DNA of 64,000 bases from Isurus oxyrinchus (taxonomy: Eukaryota): positions 6,882,001-6,946,000 of the forward strand of contig JANJGN010000034.1 of the NCBI GenBank assembly GCA_026770705.1, in the 5' to 3' direction. Shown piece after piece: positions 26,820 to 40,430 of the stretch (position 1 is the first letter of the stretch; each line of letters starts with the position of its first letter). The translations under genes were made by a program, and so were the position numbers. The notes below the pieces were generated by a model. The model was given only the letters and a program-made list of their open reading frames with translations, had not been told where the DNA came from and made no database searches.

Positions 26820-26970
26820 ACTTAATCATTATGACTGTGCTGTTCGTGGGACCTTAATTACGAACCATGCTGCCGAATGTCCTGCATCATAACAGCGACA
26901 AAATTTCAAAAGCACCTGGTTCTTGTAATTATAACCTTTAACGAAGCAATGGATCCATTGCAAATGTGTT
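26820..26970 (+). mobile_element. Deu-domain SINE relic (SacSINE1/AmnSINE1-like), 3' part
   Basis: gctgttcgtgggacctt...gctgccgaatgtcctgcatcataacagcgac...ttcaaaag resembles the Deu SINE 3' region as recalled. Confidence 0.55.
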
Positions 26971-27025
26971 CATTTGATGGTCATCAAAATAACGTTGCTG
27001 AAACCTTTCATTTTCTTCATGACAG

Positions 27026-27061
27026 GATTGAATGAATGCAAAAAATCTTTAGGAGATTTAG
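27026..27061 (+). CDS. 36-nt microexon GLNECKKSLGDL
   Basis: ttttcttcatgacag|...AG|gtgaga; repeat consensus. Confidence 0.88.
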
Positions 27062-28134
27062 GTGAGAAAAACATGTTTGCGTCTCCAAACATTAGCGAAG
27101 TTGCAACTCTAGAAATTCGACTCAACAGGAACACAAATTATTCGGCATCCCTTCATCCTCCCACCATTTGGACAGTATGGTGCTGCAAACAATTCCGCTC
27201 AATGGTCTGTATGCTACTCTCCTCAAAGATCCTTTTGCAGCAGCTCAATTACACATTCACAACATGCTTATGGTCACTAATGTTCTCCGCAATGTCTGTT
27301 CCCATATATTGCGGACCAACTATTGGCAGTAATTTTGATCTCTCTTACAAGCAAACACATAAAACTGAACTTTGGAGCATGGTTATAATAAGCGTTCGAT
27401 CCAACACCATCAGATTTGCTGAATTGCTCAAGAGAATGCGCACTGAATGGTTCACAAAAACCCCATTGAATTTAGTCAAGATTTGCCCGAAGATTCGGTT
27501 AAATGTGTGTGCAATCTAAATTGTCAGGTCAGGATTCTGGATAAGAAATTCTATTTCCTTCAAATCTGCAATAACACGCCTTCAATAGTGATAACTATGA
27601 AGCTGCAATACAATGATAGTGATGTTCGCTGATCTACTTCCATTGTTATATTTCCTGATTAAAACTTTTGGTATAAAGTCGCCGCAAACAACGGTGTCCC
27701 ATTAGAGCTTACCCAGAAGGAACAGTTCCGGTAATATAGGAATGGTGATCTACCTTCCAAAGTTAAATTAAATTTAATTGAACATTACCCTTCCTTCAAT
27801 ATCCCGCCCTTCACTTCCCTGAAATCTGATAAACTGCTGTCTAATTTTGTTGCTACATGACTTTTACACGTTTCTTCATTGTTAGCATGATTATCAAGTT
27901 TGTGTACATTTGATTTTTGTGTCAGTCGCACGTTTTGAACCGTGGGAAATATGATAACGAAAGGCACTCAGTAGAGGATATTCACCAGGATATAGAACAG
28001 AAAATTCATAAGGGAGGTTTTTACGTAAATAGGCATGCAGAAATGGAAATAGTGATCGCAGGAAACAGTTGAAAGCAATCACTTAAACGATCAAACGGAA
28101 CACTAAACATGTTTCTGAGGCAGACATTTGTTTT

Positions 28135-28470
28135 CATCCATGGGAGATGAGCGACGCTGGCGAGGCAAGTATTTATTGTCCATCACAAATTCCCTTGAGA
28201 ACGTTGTAATGACATGCCTTCTTGCAAAGCTGCAGTCCATGAGTTGACATTGAAGAAATGGCGATGCATTTTCAAGGCATAATGTTGAGTGGTTTGAACA
28301 GGAACTTCCAGATGGTAGTGTTCACATGTGCCTGCTGCCTTTTTTCCATCTGCATAGTGAAGTTGTCGTGGCACTGCCTTTGTCGTTTCTGATGCCTAGG
28401 TCGAGGCGGGACGGTCCATTTGGTTCTATTGGAGTCATTTGTAGGTATACAGTGAACCAGCATGGGTATG
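28135..28470 (-). mobile_element. CR1/L2-group LINE 3' end, reverse
   Basis: Reverse complement of the tail seen at 40370-40420 (gggcaataaatgctg..ccagc..cccacatccc). Confidence 0.7.
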
Positions 28471-29359
28471 GCGATTTCATGGTCATTCTTAGTTTTTTTT
28501 AATTTCCGATTTTATTAAATTTAGCATCTCTCATCCTCCCAAACAATTATACTGCTCTTGGGATAACAAGTCCTGCCACAATGACACCAGGCCACCGCCT
28601 CACGCCATATAATGCTACAACGACAGTTTTAGATGAGGAATTAGAGCTGGAGTGAAGCATCAAAGTGCTCATGCATTGTAACAGCTCCATGAGCCATTTC
28701 TGAGCCATATCATCCTCCGTAAGTGCATGAATGCTCACACCAAGAGAAAGAAATATATGGCGACAAGTAGCAACCATTCCTTGTCAGTACGTTTTCGGAC
28801 ATGTTATCTGATGCACACGAAAAGCCAATTAAAGACAAAGTGTTTCCCAGGGCATTCTGAAAATATAGAATTAATTATTTGCTGAGAGTAAAAAAAAAAC
28901 ATTGCATGCCAATGTACACAAACACATTAACACTCGGCTCATTATGGAAGAAATAATGGACTTTTGCCTCTCGACTCTCTTTTGCCATTCCATAAGATGC
29001 CATATCATGTAATCTTAAATTGATCACCTTGACTTGGTAACATTGCCGTTTATTCCATTGCATAACATAAATCAAGCAGCCTTGATTTGATTTAACGACT
29101 ATACTCTAAAACGTTTTATGACAGATTTTACAACATTATCCGCAAAGGTTCCTGAGAAGATACTCTTCCTGCTGTCACCCCTAAATCATCTTGTATTAAT
29201 ACTGCACTTAAGTTTGTGCGGGCTCTGTCCTCCCCTACCAAACGATACTGCTTCTTTCTACCGACGATATCAAATGGGTTATTGGTTTTTTAAAACATCA
29301 AATCAAATGCTTCGTAATCTTCTACGCTCAAATAAATGAACGAACCCCTATAAAATCTG

Positions 29360-31770
29360 AGGGCTGAATAATACACTCCACGATCGAGGGCTTTTCCACC
29401 TTTCTGCTGCATATTATGTGGGGTGACGATGCCGGCGCCGATTACGACATCATCACGGAAGTTTGTACAATAAGGTATACAGGCAGTTAAAATAATCGGG
29501 AGCACATTTGCGTTGCTTAAGGGTAAATTTAAAAGGCAAATCAGTTGCTTAGCTACCCATCTTACTGCAAAAATACGATCAGAAGACAATAATATGTCTT
29601 GAGGGTGGCGTTTATTTAAAGGTGTGGAATCCGTTTTCCTTTCAGGGCAAACTTTGTTCAGTGGTTTTTGAAACTGCAACTGAAACCAAAGTCTTACATT
29701 GCATTCGAAACAGGGAAGTGTTCATTTGATTGTGCAGAGTGATATTTTGGACTTTGTTTTCATGTGGAGGTATCTCTTCACATTCAGAGAGGTCAGTTGT
29801 ATCGTGTATCCCACGTTTCAGGGGTGAACATTCTGGAAGATAGGTGGGAATTGTTGTCTCAGTAGGAATCAGAACCCGCAGTGAAGAGGAAAGGAGCAGT
29901 AGGAGGAGGAAGTGGAGAAGGGTGAGAGGAAGAATGGAACACAGAGAATTTCAAGCTGCAGTGGTCCCTCAGGAAGTGTGCAGAGCAGCGGCAGGACAAA
30001 GTGGTTTGGAAGTGTGCAACAAGCCTCATCAGAGGCACAGACGATCTTACGCTATCCTAAGCGTGTATACGGAACAATTGAGCTGCCTGCAATGAAGTAG
30101 GACTAGGGGTCGAAGATGAAACAGTGTTTCAAGGGCGACTGTAACATGGCTATGCGGGATGCATGCAAAGGAGGACTCATCCAACTGCCTTGGGGACTAC
30201 CTGATTTCTGACGCATTAAAAGTGCCAGTGGCTTTTCTTCCAACTCATAGGCTTATTCGAGGCAGCCAATGGAGACCTCAGTTGAATAAGACATTAACTG
30301 ATCAACATTGCGTCAAGGTGTTCCCCGATACATTTTACCGAAGGGCTGCTAATTACATGTATTTCAAGCAGGATTTCCAAAGTCAAATTTATAGTCCCCG
30401 AAACGTTCCAAATGATTGCCGTTTCCACCAGAGTGCGGGGAATAATTAAAGGACCTTTTGGACAGTCATGCACATTCAAAAACAGAAAAGGGTTATCAGT
30501 CAATCAATGTACAGCTGGTGTGAGACCGTAATTGGCGGGTCATGCAGATGTGTGCCACGTATGCAGATGGCAGTCACGACTCATACATCTTTAGGAGTAC
30601 ACATACACCACGCCTTTTCACTGGCCAGAATTCCTCGGAGGGATAGCTATTGGTTGATATGACTAATCCGGTAAAAATAGTTGATGAAGCTTGTCACAGC
30701 GCCCAGGCCTGACTCAGATTGGTGGGGGAAGAAGTGTAATGCCAGCATTGGAACCATATTGGAGCACAGTGTCAGTCCCATTAACTTGCAGTTGCTATCC
30801 TGGGCAAATCCAGGGGCTGGGTGACACTTTCCAAGTTCTGGACCCTTTACCGCTTTGCAGAGCGTATTAGGAGCGTGATGCTGTCAGGGGCCACTTAAGA
30901 TGTCATGACACCAGTTTCCGACTATGCAGCAGATGGGCAGGTCATATAGTCGACAACTCGCAAAAGGCATGAACCTTATGTGCAGCCACACCCCAGCACT
31001 CCACCCCCAACCACCACCCCCCCCACCCCCACGCCCATCTCGCTTCCACCTACCCCCTCCACCGACATGTCTATAGGCCAATGTGAGCATCAAATAGCAC
31101 TGATGTATTTAGTACGAGGTTCCTGCCCAACCCAACATTTCAACAATTTTAGGAGAGGGCAAGGTCCTTATAGGGACAATTATTGCCCACATTATGGCCC
31201 TTTAATGCCCAGGTATTTATTTTCCTGTGACTGGCGGGAAGACTCCCCAGGTAATATGGGAAGCCCTTAGCTAATCAGATTTCAACCTCGGGCAGGAGGT
31301 TTGTGAACCTCCATTTGAATCCACATTTTACTTTTTGTCATCCTCCTCGCACTTCCCCAGGGCCACACCCGGCCCATTCCAACTCACCCTAGGCCTGTCC
31401 AGTGACAAACCAATTTCCAACTCTCTTCCACCCGGGCCTCTGCTACACCCGCCACCATGAAAGCCCCAAATCTTAGCTGTTCCCAGAACCCCTGGACTGG
31501 TGCTGTCAGGATCGCAGACAGTCCCATTCCTGTCGACAGCAGCTTGTGTCACTTCAGGGACTAGAGAGCTGCCTGCAAGCTGATTGATTGGAAGTTCGCT
31601 CAGCCGGGGACTTCTTCCAAGAAAAGAGAGGAAGTTCCACGTACAATCAATTCAAGCCCATGACAGCTTGAAATGGCTGCAAAGCAGGTAATCTTGGCAG
31701 GGATGAGTTCGCGGCTGATTTTTTGGATGGCAGGATAAGAAACCATGCAAGCCTAAAGATCCTGGCCAGT
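29360..31770. mobile_element. Decayed Harbinger element (possibly two adjacent pieces)
   Basis: Starts gggctgaataat, ends aagatcctggcc; contains a transposase relic. Confidence 0.6.
29844..30900 (+). pseudogene. HARBI1-like transposase relic
   Basis: ALKVPVAF, DTFYRRAANYMYF, NRKGLSVNQ/INVQLV, MCATYADGSHDSYIF across frameshifts. Confidence 0.8.
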
Positions 31771-32738
31771 AATCCTCAGCTCCTTGCAACTAAGCATAAA
31801 ACAGAATACATGCAGAACTGCATAACGTTTACAGTACTTTTGGAGTCCACGCATTTACCTGCACTGCCAGCAATTGTGCTCCACACCCAAGTCATCCACC
31901 CTACTTAATCGATGAGAAAGTGTGACCTTTTATTATTTTTCTTCTCTTATTCGTCCACGAGTTCGTCTTTAAACATAATAATAACACAAGTTTGGGGCGT
32001 TCAATGTTTTTGTGAGTTCTACATTCTCAGCATTACCTCGGAAAAAAGTCTTTTCTGCTCTAACATCCATTGGGTTTATTGTTTAACGTGCAGATCTGGC
32101 TCCTATATATTATTATTTATGTAAAAGGTTTGGCAAATTCTTGCTCCCTTTTCGAGAGTAAATACCAACTTCAATTCCACATTTCCCAATGACTCCCGCA
32201 TCTATGGTCATATATCAGAAATGTCAATCATTTATAGAAGTAAAAATGTTACCGTGGACTTGAGGAGATTGACAGACCAGAATATGCACATTTGGTGGCT
32301 CTGAAGCGGGTGAATAATATTAAATTACCAGCGGTTCAGTTGCTGCTCAGCAGGCGATTTCATAGTGTATTTCATTGCTAACTGTAGTCAAACTATTTTT
32401 TTTCTATCCGGCGCTGAAGTTAAACCATTAATGATTATACTAACAAACATATACCGCCAAATGCCACTGAGATCCTATTCAAATGTGAAAGCAGACAGAC
32501 ATATATAATGCAAATATTCAATTCATTTCCTAAATTCTGTACTTTGACTGCATTCAAGTGGACAATTGCCAAACTGGAAAAATGCTGATGTTCACAGAAT
32601 TGTATTCTGGAGCAATCATAAAGCATGCTGTGTGTTAAAAATTGGCACAGGCGTCCCGTGCCAAAATATTAGTTCATGTTCGTGCTGTTTGGCAATGTAC
32701 TGACGTGCTATCAAATTAAATCATTTATTCTTTTGCAG

Positions 32739-32765
32739 AACAAAAGCTAAAAGCAAAAGAGAATG
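32739..32765 (+). CDS. 27-nt microexon EQKLKAKEN
   Basis: tttattcttttgcag|...|gtaatt. Confidence 0.88.
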
Positions 32766-32889
32766 GTAATTCATTGTGTATAAACTGGTAGACCGATATT
32801 TTTAGAGGGCAGAATGCTGTTGCCCCTACTCTGCAGGACAGCATACCGAGACATGACTTTTAATCAAATTAAGGCATGGGTATGGATGT

Positions 32890-33340
32890 GTGTTAGCTGT
32901 AGCTTAGTTGACCCTGCAATGGAGGTTGTATTTAAAGGCAGGGTCAAGGGGCTTAAGTGCAAAATATAGGAGTACAACGCAGTGCTAGTACTGAGGTAGT
33001 GCAGCTCTCTGGCATTTGCAATTATTTTATTTTTTTTACAGATGCCACGTTAATCTGAGTCTCACATTTTTTTATCCCTGGTGCATAAGAAAGATCCCAT
33101 GGCTCACCTTTGAGGGAGGTCAGGAAGATTAACCAATGGTGACCTGGCCAACAATTCTTCTTCATGCAACAAGACAAAAACCGATGGCCTACTAATCCAT
33201 GTATTCTTCATGTTATTGCCTAATGTTCTGTGTAATTAAGTTAGCCACATTCCTATCTCACAACTGCCGTAGCTTGCTGAGTGAGGAAGTTTTAGAACCT
33301 TAAACGCACGACGGAAATGAAATAGTTGTTTAATGTGCAT
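32890..33340 (+). mobile_element. Deu-domain SINE relic inside the duplicated intron (paralogous relics about 35440-35900, 37187-37600, 38880-39320)
   Basis: tgttagctgtagcttagttg occurs here and at 37187; gcagtgctagtactgag..gtgca and cagatg..acgttaa blocks recur. Confidence 0.6.
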
Positions 33341-33361
33341 GCTTGTTTCATTACATGACAG

Positions 33362-33397
33362 AACTTGCCACTTGCCAGGAAGATCTGATGGACTTGG
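33362..33397 (+). CDS. 36-nt microexon ELATCQEDLMDL
   Basis: ttcattacatgacag|...|gtgaga. Confidence 0.88.
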
Positions 33398-33779
33398 GTG
33401 AGAAGAAGAAAACGTTCCCTTGCAAATTCTTGCATGGTTACCGGTAGAGGAATTTGCTTTGTACAACACGTCACATTTCTACAGTTGCACTGCCCATGAC
33501 CCAATGACTGTTAGTTTTATTGAAGGCTTCCCAACCAAATGGCAGGCATCAGTAGAATTTAGACTACAAAGCTGGCCCACGCGAGACACCTGCATTTCAC
33601 ACCAACTATGCTCCAAACAAAGCCATCCGCAATCTGCTTCATGAATTACTTTCAAGTCAACTTTTCTTTTTTCCACTGTTTCAGCCGGTCCCCTTTAAAT
33701 GCACTAACCATTAAATCTTAAAATGAACTGCATTTTCAGCACTTTCTGTTGAAAAGAACAATTCGATAACACTATTCGG

Positions 33780-34560
33780 TCATAAGACTTAGGAGCAGAA
33801 GTAGGCCATTCGAACAATTGAACCTGCTCTGCCATTCAATGAGACAATGGCTAACCTGATAATCCTTAATTCTAATATCCTTCCTTTCCCCATTAAGTCT
33901 TGATTTACTTACTGATTAAAAACCTGTCTATCTCAGCCTTGCCTATACTGAACGACACAGCCTCTATAGCCCTATGCGTTAATAAAGTCCACAGATACAC
34001 TGCCTGCTGTGAGAAGGAATTCATCCTTATCTCTGACTTAAATGGGGGAACCCCTAACTCTGAAATTGTGCTTTCTGGTCAAGACCCTCCCACAGCGGGA
34101 AGCACCTCTCAGCATCTAACCCCTCAAGACGTCTACGAATCTTACATCTTTCAATGGGGCCGCCTCTAATTCTTCTGAACTCCAATGAGTACAGGTCCAC
34201 CCTGCTCAAATTCATTACTTGAGAAAATCCTTCCATGCCCGGGAACAAAATGTTGAATCTTCTCTGGAATGCCCCCAATGCCACTATATCATTCCTTGGA
34301 TAAGGCGGCCAAAATTGTTCACAGCATTCTGGGTATGTTCTAACTACTGCCTTGTCAAGTTTAACAAGGCTTCCCTATTTTTATAATATATTGCCTTGGC
34401 ATTAAAAGCCAACATTCCATTTACCATCACTAATACCTACTAAATTTGTATGCTAGATTTTTGTTATTCATTCACAAGGACACCTAAATCCCTTTGTGCT
34501 GCAGCTTTCTACAGTCTTTCTCGATTTAAGTAATATGCAGTCGTCTATTCTTCTTGAGAA
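33780..34560 (-). mobile_element. CR1-type LINE 3' fragment, reverse
   Basis: cataagacttaggagcagaagtaggcc tail; FQRRF..LYSLEFRRIRG on the minus strand. Confidence 0.88.
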
Positions 34561-35271
34561 ACTGCGTAAAATGGATTAATTTGAGAATATAACACAACAT
34601 TGGCGGTTATATTTCATTGTTATTTATTGCATACCCATTTTTAAAATATAGCATCCTTTCTTGCAAAAAATTTCAGAGCCAGGTCCGCCTTTTCATTTTC
34701 ATCTCGCATCTCAGGTCCTGTATCAGAAATGTCAATTATCTTTTCACCTGAAGTAAAATGTATTGACGGTGTTTGTATGATACAGGCGCCATTTACTTAA
34801 GTTCTACCATCCGAGAGGTATACAGCTGACTGCTGCTATTACCCAAGAGTTGGATGCTACTCAGCAACCGACCTTGTAACTCATTGTCTACTGTGGCGAA
34901 ATTAATTTTATAAACAGAATTGAAGTTGTGCAATTGATGAATATGGTAGCCAGCATATGCCCCCAAACAGCATTAATATCCAAGGAGAAAATCAATGTAG
35001 ACAAAGGAAAATGCCTTAAAGTTCAAATCAGATCTTATGTTTTCAATTAATGGCTTCATTCAAGTGGAAAATTGCATAAATGTAAACATTCTACTTCCAC
35101 GCTAGTGTGAGCGAGTGGAACTATCAAATATCAGGATGTTGTGCTTTTGGAGTTGGCAGCAACTTAGTCTATCCAGAAATGACGCTGAAGTATAAGTTGC
35201 TGCATACTTTCAAGAAGTTAGCAAAATTATCAGCAATGTAATTGAAAATGAAATGGTTCGGTCTCTTTCAG

Positions 35272-35298
35272 AGAAAAAGTTGACATCAAAAGATGACG
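35272..35298 (+). CDS. 27-nt microexon EKKLTSKDD
   Basis: ggtctctttcag|...|gtagtt. Confidence 0.82.
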
Positions 35299-35924
35299 GT
35301 AGTTCATTTTGAATTTCTCCGTGAAAAATGCCTTTGGGCTCAAAATGATTCCGCCACTACTTTTCAGGACTGCATGCGGGTATATGGCTGTCAATCACAT
35401 TGTGGCAGGATGTTGAATATGCATATATCGTGTGCGTTAGCATTAGCTTACTCGATTTGCCTGTTGCTATGGAGGTTCTACCTTCATGGAACAGGCAAAG
35501 GAACTGAAAGCAACATATAGAGTGGCAATGCAGTGCTAGTGCTGGGAGAGTGCACCAAACTTCAAGGTTAATTTTTCTTCAATGCGGCGTTAATTTGAGG
35601 CTCAGGATTTTTATTTCCTTTCAGTTGTGTGTTAGAGGTTCCTTGTCTCAGCTTTGAACAAGGGCCTGAAGGCTTTCTGCTGGTAATCTGGCCAATAATT
35701 AGTTTTTCAAGCACCAAGCCATTGCTTATTATGCAGTCAACCTTGTACAGCAAAATGTCATTTTTGAGAACTTACAGTGTAGCATTTAACTGTCCACCAT
35801 GCAACCACTCAGCAGCCTCAGCTTGGAAAAAAAGGTGGCTGTGTTCTATAAAGGTTTACTATTTTAAACACGCTGTCCAAAAAGTAAGTTGTTCTCTTTG
35901 AATGTGAGAGTTATTTTCTTCCAG

Positions 35925-35960
35925 AACTCAGTAATCGCAAAGAAGAGCTAGGAGGCATAG
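35925..35960 (+). pseudogene. 36-nt microexon with dead donor and Cys->Arg (ELSNRKEELGGI)
   Basis: ttattttcttccag acceptor; followed by gaggaa instead of gtgaga; TGC->CGC. Confidence 0.75.
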
Positions 35961-37032
35961 GAGGAATAATAGCAAATCGCACCTTCCAAATTGTGTTTGC
36001 TTAGAAATTCGCATTGGACGGCTATCTAATGTCTGCCATTTTATTCACATCGTCCCCTCTAAGGCAGATTGATACTCAGCCATAGCCAAGGATAACCAGC
36101 GAAAAGTATGGCCGCAGACTTTCATAAGATTTATATCACAATAAGGTTCCACGCAATTGTTTGCCAGATATATTACACAACACCAACCTCCTCTCATGTC
36201 ATGAACGTAATATTCCATTTATGTCTCCCTGCACTGTTTCACTATCTCATCTTTAGACATATCATTCCTCTCTGTCTCAAACAGTGCAAGTTAGCTCTAA
36301 ATTCGCTGGAGTGCCTGGGCATGCAGGCTTCTGCAGAGTCCTCAAGGGATTCAATGCTTTATCGTTACGGCAGTTGTATTTTATGATGTCTTCACACTCT
36401 GTCAACTCTAGAATAATTCGACAGAGAACATTTCAAATCCAATTCCACTTTTCCCCAATATTCCTTCCATCTCACTTCATATAACATAAATAGCAATAAT
36501 TTGCGCACGCGATAAGTGTACTTATTCAGCTGGCATGACACAGGGACCAGCGTATGCACATTACACAAGACGGGATTCATAGTGATGACTCAGGTGTCTG
36601 ACCTTTGCTCAAATACTACTGAAAAATCGAACAAATTCTTGTTGTCTGCTCTAGAACATGTAATAATGCACCCAGGCTCGAAGTGAACGTCCTGGTCAAT
36701 ATGTTGTAAAACATATGGAGGCAAATAATAATGATATCCAATTTAAAATTCCGTGTAAACAGCGAAATATGACGAATATATTCAATTCAAACACCATATG
36801 CTGCAATAATAGTTACACTCGAGTGAAGGTTTGGAAGAGTGTATAAATGCTGACGTCAGTGAAAATGTAAGCAGGCGAGCTAATAACGCCACTAGATGCT
36901 GTGCTTTCTGAATTGGCAGTGTCCTGTGATGCACAGAAAGTAGGCCGAAACATAAATTGCTCTGCACTTACGAGAAGTTTGGCAACACTATTCCCGAAGT
37001 ATTTTCAAATTAAATGATTTGGCCTTTTTCAG

Positions 37033-37059
37033 GAAAAAAATTGAAATTAAATGAAGACC
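37033..37059 (+). CDS. 27-nt microexon GKKLKLNED
   Basis: ggcctttttcag|...|gtactt (weak donor). Confidence 0.75.
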
Positions 37060-37641
37060 GTACTTCACTTTGAAATTAGCTGTCGTAAATTGGCTTTTAA
37101 CTCAATATGTTCCTAGTTTGCAGGAACGCATAACCAGCAATGACTGTTAATTAAGTTGAGAATATTGGATGTGTTATTACGATTCGTGTTAGCTGTAGCT
37201 TAGTTGGTCATTGTTTTGCTTTTTGCAACGGAGGTTCCGTCTTGAAGGCACAAAAGAAGAAAAAGAGTACTAGAGATCTGTAAATGCTGCTCTCTGTCTG
37301 TGACATTGTTTCAGATGCGAGGTTAACTGAATCGCAGATTTCGCACGTCAAAGACCTAAAAGACCAAATGGCCATACTTTGAGAAAAGAAAGGAAGGATC
37401 TCTGTTGCTGTCCTGGACAATGTCATTCTTTAATCCACAGCACAAAAACACTTTACTTGGTCATCCTCCCATTCATTTTTTTTAACCTTGCTCTGTGCAA
37501 TTTTGCTGCGCACGTCGCAGCCTCACAACCGCCACAGCTTAACAAAAGTTGTTGAATTTACTTGACAAAATTTACCGCATTAAGGTTGCTTTGAAAAGGA
37601 ACATGTTGTTTCATGCGAACGTGTGTTTTACTGCACGCCAG

Positions 37642-37677
37642 AGCTCACCAAATGCAAAGAAGAACTAAAGGATTTTG
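37642..37677 (+). CDS. 36-nt microexon xLTKCKEELKDF
   Basis: ttttactgcacgccag|...|gtgtga. Confidence 0.85.
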
Positions 37678-38714
37678 GTGTGAAAAAGGGAATCGCTGTC
37701 TTAAAAACTCCGCACCATTAGAGGGATAAATATTCGCCTCGTACGGCAACATAATGTGGGTCACATATTTTGGTCACTCCGTCTATGGCCATTTGATGGT
37801 CAGTGATATTGAATAATTTTGAACGTATTAGACGGCATCATATTTATAACTGAATTGAAATCTTATCACGACACAATTTCATGCAACTTAACTGTACTTT
37901 AGCACGAATCATGAAGCACATAACCCAACCTTTTCTATTATTTTTTCCCTGCACTGTTTAAGGAGCTACTCATTAACCGCTTCAATGTTAGATGCCTGAA
38001 TCATTAAATGTGGAAGTGAGTTCTAGATTCTCAGCAGTGTCTGCGAAAATAGGTTTCTGCTGAATCCTCTATTTGAGTGATTGATTAGTTGCTAAATATA
38101 TTATGGAAAATGGCTCCGCGATTTCATCAATAATCAATCCAGACCTCCGCTATTGCTATCAATATTTTCCAGAGAAAACGACAAAACACATGCTGCCTTT
38201 CCATTTATTTCTTGCATCGCTGGTCATGCTTCCAGTTTGCATGACACAGGGAGCAGGATATTCATATTATAGCAACCTGGGTGCAAACTGAGTGACTGAT
38301 GGTGTAACCCACAGTTTGGATGCTCTTAAAAAATTGTAATTTTAGCTCATTATCTACGCTTGCAAAATTAGTTATAGATTCAGACTTGCCGTTAAGCCGT
38401 TGATAAACTTGCAGGCAATTGGCATATCGATCCAATTGAAAATGTTTCTTTAGCAGTGAACTGTGGCACAAATATCCAATAAAGATCATACGTTCTTCAC
38501 TAATGGCAGCAATCAGGTGTGGTAATACAAAACCATTTCACGTAAGTGCAGTCGGCTTGGATGATGACGCCGCTGAATGCTTCGCATTCCGAGTTAGCAA
38601 CATCCTGTGCAGCCCAGAAATCACACCTAAACATGAGTTACTGCGCGCTTTTGAGATGAGTTACAATGTTGTTTCTGATGCATAATCCAATTAAATGATT
38701 TACTCTTTTTACAG

Positions 38715-38741
38715 CCGAAAAGTTGAAATTAAAAGAAGATG
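38715..38741 (+). CDS. 27-nt microexon AEKLKLKED
   Basis: tactctttttacag|...|gtaatc. Confidence 0.88.
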
Positions 38742-39351
38742 GTAATCATTTGGAAATTCTGTGGACGAATGCCTATGTGCTCGACATGTTTGTGACCATA
38801 ATTTCAGAGCTGCTTATCTTGACATAACTGTTATTCGGATTAGAATGGAACTGTTAAGTTTGCCATTATCATGCGTGTTATCTGTAGCTTTGTGAATCAA
38901 TGTTCTGCCTTGTGCTATGTAGGCTACATCTAGAAAGCACAGAACGAGGACTTGGTACAATATGTAGGCTGATAATGCAATGCTTTTTGTGGAGTATGCG
39001 TGAAAACTTTATTTTCCTATGTGTCGTCATTTTGAGACTCACTTTTTCCTCTCGAGTGAGAGGAAATGATTCCATTGCTCAGTTTTCTGGAAGGGCAGGA
39101 ATGATTTCCATTGGTGATATTGCCAATAGTCAAACTTCGAACAGCAACAAAATCAAATCCCGATTAACAGGTCATCGTTGTATTCCATTTCAGGGGTTCT
39201 TGGCTTCAGGGATTTAATAGCTCAAGTTCCAGCCTGACAGTTGCCAAAGCTTATTAAAAGCATTTGGCTGCTCTTCATAAAGTTTCACTACTTTGAAAAC
39301 GCTATGACTATAAATCATTTTAATAGGAGTGTTTGTATTCCTGTTCGCCAG

Positions 39352-39387
39352 AACTTAACAAATGCAAAGAAGCCTTAAAGAAGTTAG
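39352..39387 (+). CDS. 36-nt microexon ELNKCKEALKKL
   Basis: attcctgttcgccag|...AG|gtgaga. Confidence 0.88.
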
Positions 39388-39689
39388 GTGAGAAAATAGA
39401 ATAGAAATCGAAAATGCCGGAAAAAAAAAAAAACAAGAGGTCTGTCATTATCTGTGGAGGGAGTAACTTGGTCACATTTTAGAGACGAATGTGAATCTTC
39501 ATCAGAACTGTGAGGAAGGCATCCACTCTCTTTGAAACTTTTGCACTGTGGCCGGAATAGAAATTCGCCTTGGACGGTAATGTAATGTGGCCTACATTAT
39601 ATCAGTTGCACTATCAATAGGCAATTGACACACATTTATGCTGAAGTCATCCCAAACAAAAATAAGTGTGGATTTGCATAAAATTTGCA

Positions 39690-40430
39690 ACACGTTAAGC
39701 GCCCACGCAATTCACTCCTTTAAGATAGAATCTAACCATCGATCATTGACATTCACTTCCATTGCCATCGCTAAATGCCCCACTCTCAACATCCTGCTAG
39801 GTATTGACCGGGAAAGTAACTGGATTAGCCATACAGACAATCTGGCTACAGGGGTAAGCCAGAGAATAGAAATTCTGCGGCGAATAACTCAACTCCTGAC
39901 TCCGTATAGCCTCCTCACCATCTATAAGACAGAAGTCAGGAGAGTGATTGATTATTCTCCACTTGCCGGGATGAGTACAGCTCCAACAAAACACAAGAAG
40001 TTTGAGGCCAACCACGGCAAAGCCTCCCGATTGACTGGCACACCTTCCAGAAACATGGACTACATTCACGACTGACGAACAGTGGCAGCAACGTGTATCA
40101 TTTTCAAGATACAAGGCAGAAAGTCAGAAAGGCTCATTAGGCAGTACCTTCTAAACCTACGACTGCTACCCTCTAGAAGTCCGAGGGCAGCAGTTATATG
40201 GGTAGATCACCACTCAGAAGATCCCCTGCAAGCCACTAAACATCATGAATGGGACATTTTACATTTCACTGCCACTGGGACAATATCCTGGAACTCCCTC
40301 CCTAACAGCACTGTGGGTGGCAGTGGTTCAAGCATGCAGCACACCACCAGCTTCTCAAGGGCAACTGGGATGGGCAATAAATGCTGACCTAGCCATGAAC
40401 TCCCACATCCCGTAAATGATTTTTAAAAAA
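39690..40430 (+). mobile_element. CR1/L2-group LINE 3' fragment
   Basis: ILLGIDRESNWISH..LRRITQLLTP.SLLTIYKTEVRRVIDYSPL; tail gggcaataaatgctgacctagc. Confidence 0.85.

Noticed and set aside
36851-36858. Perfect CRE palindrome TGACGTCA
   Set aside because: A single 8-mer is expected by chance in 64 kb, and it was not seen in the paralogous units.
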